A stretch of DNA of 64,000 nt from an uncultured Holophagales bacterium (GTDB lineage Bacteria > Acidobacteriota > Thermoanaerobaculia > Multivoradales > UBA5704): NCBI GenBank assembly GCA_963842525.1, contig CAWJGT010000009.1, positions 960,001 to 1,024,000 of the forward strand, given 5' to 3'. The translations under genes were made by a program, and so were the position numbers. Of the stretch, positions 62,901 to 64,000 are shown in pieces. Position 1 is the stretch's first letter. Every line of letters starts with the position of its first letter. The notes beneath the pieces were generated by a model, which saw only the letters and a list, made by a program, of their open reading frames with translations, did not search any database and was not told the origin of the DNA.

Positions 62901-64000
62901 ACGCCGAGCAGGCTGCAGACCATCTCCGGCGACCGCTCCATGCGGATGGCGACGACCGACTCGGGGCCGATCCCTGTACCGCGCAGGTGCTGCGCCAGGG
63001 CCGAGGCCCGCTGGTACAGCTCGGCATAGGTGAGCGAGCGGCCATCCATCGCCACCGCAGTGGCCCCGGGGGTCCGGGCCGCCCAGACCGCGACACGCTG
63101 GTGGACGAGAAGCGTCCCAGGCTCGCGAATCGTGTCGTTCCACTCCACCCGGACCTGCTGCTCTTCCGCCTCGCTCTGCAGAGCCAGGTCCGAGAGGCGT
63201 CGATCGGCGCTGGCGTCCGCAAGCAGAGTCTCGAGATAGCCGAGCATCCGTTGCACCGTCGCCCGTTCGAACAGGCCGGCGCTGCCATCGAAGGAAAGGA
63301 AGAGCCCATCGGCGGTCTCGGCGGCCGTGAGGGTGAGGTCATACATGGCGCCCACATCGCCGAACGGGACCTCTTCCAGGGGGAGCGCCGGGCCTTGTGA
63401 TGAGGGGCCGGGGACGTTCTGGAACGCGAGCATCACCTGGAACAGCGGGGTCCGGGAGAGGTCCCTCTCCGGATGCAGCTCCTCGACCAGGCGCTCGAAG
63501 GGGACGTCCTGGTGCTCGAAAGCCCCGACCGCCGCCTCCCGCACGCGGCCGAGGAGCTCGCCGAACACGGGGTCGCCCGCCAGATCGGCGCGGACCGGCA
63601 GGCTGTTGACGAAGAACCCGATCAGCCGCTCGGTCTCTACCCGCTTGCGACCGGCCACCGGGGTGCCGACCGCGAATCCGGTCTGGCCGGTGATCCGGTG
63701 AAGCAGGGCCTGGAACGCGGCCATGAGAACCATGAAGAGCGTGGCGTCCGCCGCGTACCCCAGGGTCTTCAACCGTTCGAGGATCTCCGGCGAGACCGTG
63801 CCGGAGGCCCGGACCCCGCGATGATCCGGGACGGGCGGGCGCGGCAGATCGGTGGCCAGCTCCAGGACCGGCGGAGCCTCCCCCAGCCGTTGGCGCCACC
63901 AGGAGAGCTGAGACGCGAGGGTCTGTCCCTCCAGGGCCTGCCGTTGCCACTGCGCGAAATCAGCGTACTGGACCGGCAGCTCTGGAAGCGGCGAGGGGAG
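56892..64000 (-). CDS. NRPS, 5' end outside the window: C(partial)-A-PCP-C-A(with embedded luciferase-like monooxygenase)-PCP; frameshifts near 62150 and 61975
   Basis: QYADFA.WQR, YTSGSTG.PKG twice, NHYGPTE and NMYGPTE, LYATGDL and [16 protein letters not shown] and [18 protein letters not shown]; LLM block [16 protein letters not shown]; no TE. Confidence 0.93.
59472..59620. repeat. GTAG-type REP doublet, in-frame in the NRPS A domain
   Basis: GCCCCGGGTTTACACCCGGGGCTAC..CGCCCTCCGGGCTC..GAGCCCGGAGGGCG..GTAGCCCAGGGTGTGAACCCTGGGC; adds about 45 aa before the A3 motif. Confidence 0.8.
62362..62414. repeat. Family A palindromic element, in-frame in the NRPS A domain
   Basis: CCTCACCCCCTGTCCCCCTCTCCCATC..CCGGGAGAGGGGG encodes [18 protein letters not shown] just before LLTGGD. 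Confidence 0.8.

Overview
High-GC bacterial window with four parts. (1) 1-32.3 kb, minus strand: one operon encoding an Afp/PVC-type extracellular contractile injection system (eCIS). It has a DUF4255 cap, two sheaths, two gp19 tubes, a CIS-tube/LysM protein, a gp27/late-control-D hub, a short gp5/V spike, gp25, baseplate J, a P2 gpI-like wedge, two fibre-like proteins, a tape-measure-like protein, an AAA+ ATPase and a large DUF4157 protein with an HNH-like motif that runs off the left edge. A clear sigma54 -24/-12 promoter precedes the operon, and a divergent sensor-less sigma54 activator sits next to it. (2) 34.0-35.7 kb: a toxin-antitoxin patch with one intact vapBC pair and three antitoxin-like genes whose toxins are only stubs or absent. 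(3) 35.7-41.8 kb and 56.9-64 kb: NRPS/PKS genes with luciferase-like monooxygenases (one embedded in an A domain, one stand-alone with a docking helix) and no thioesterase. (4) Between them: DinB, an RqlH/RqlI-like RecQ-PRTase plus DprA pair, a PIN TA pair, a class II lanthipeptide locus (LanM, Cys-rich precursor, then a GMC oxidoreductase pair), CorA, Uma2 and a 63-bp tandem array. The most unusual signals are a ComEA-type helix-hairpin-helix domain at the end of an eCIS fibre-like protein, several palindromic REP-like elements inserted in-frame inside proteins, a recurrent SPP motif in eCIS structural proteins, and the apparently split TE-less assembly line. About 13 conserved genes carry frameshifts that look like assembly indel errors, so several gene models are joined across frames. 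All family calls come from motif recognition by eye; no database searches were run.
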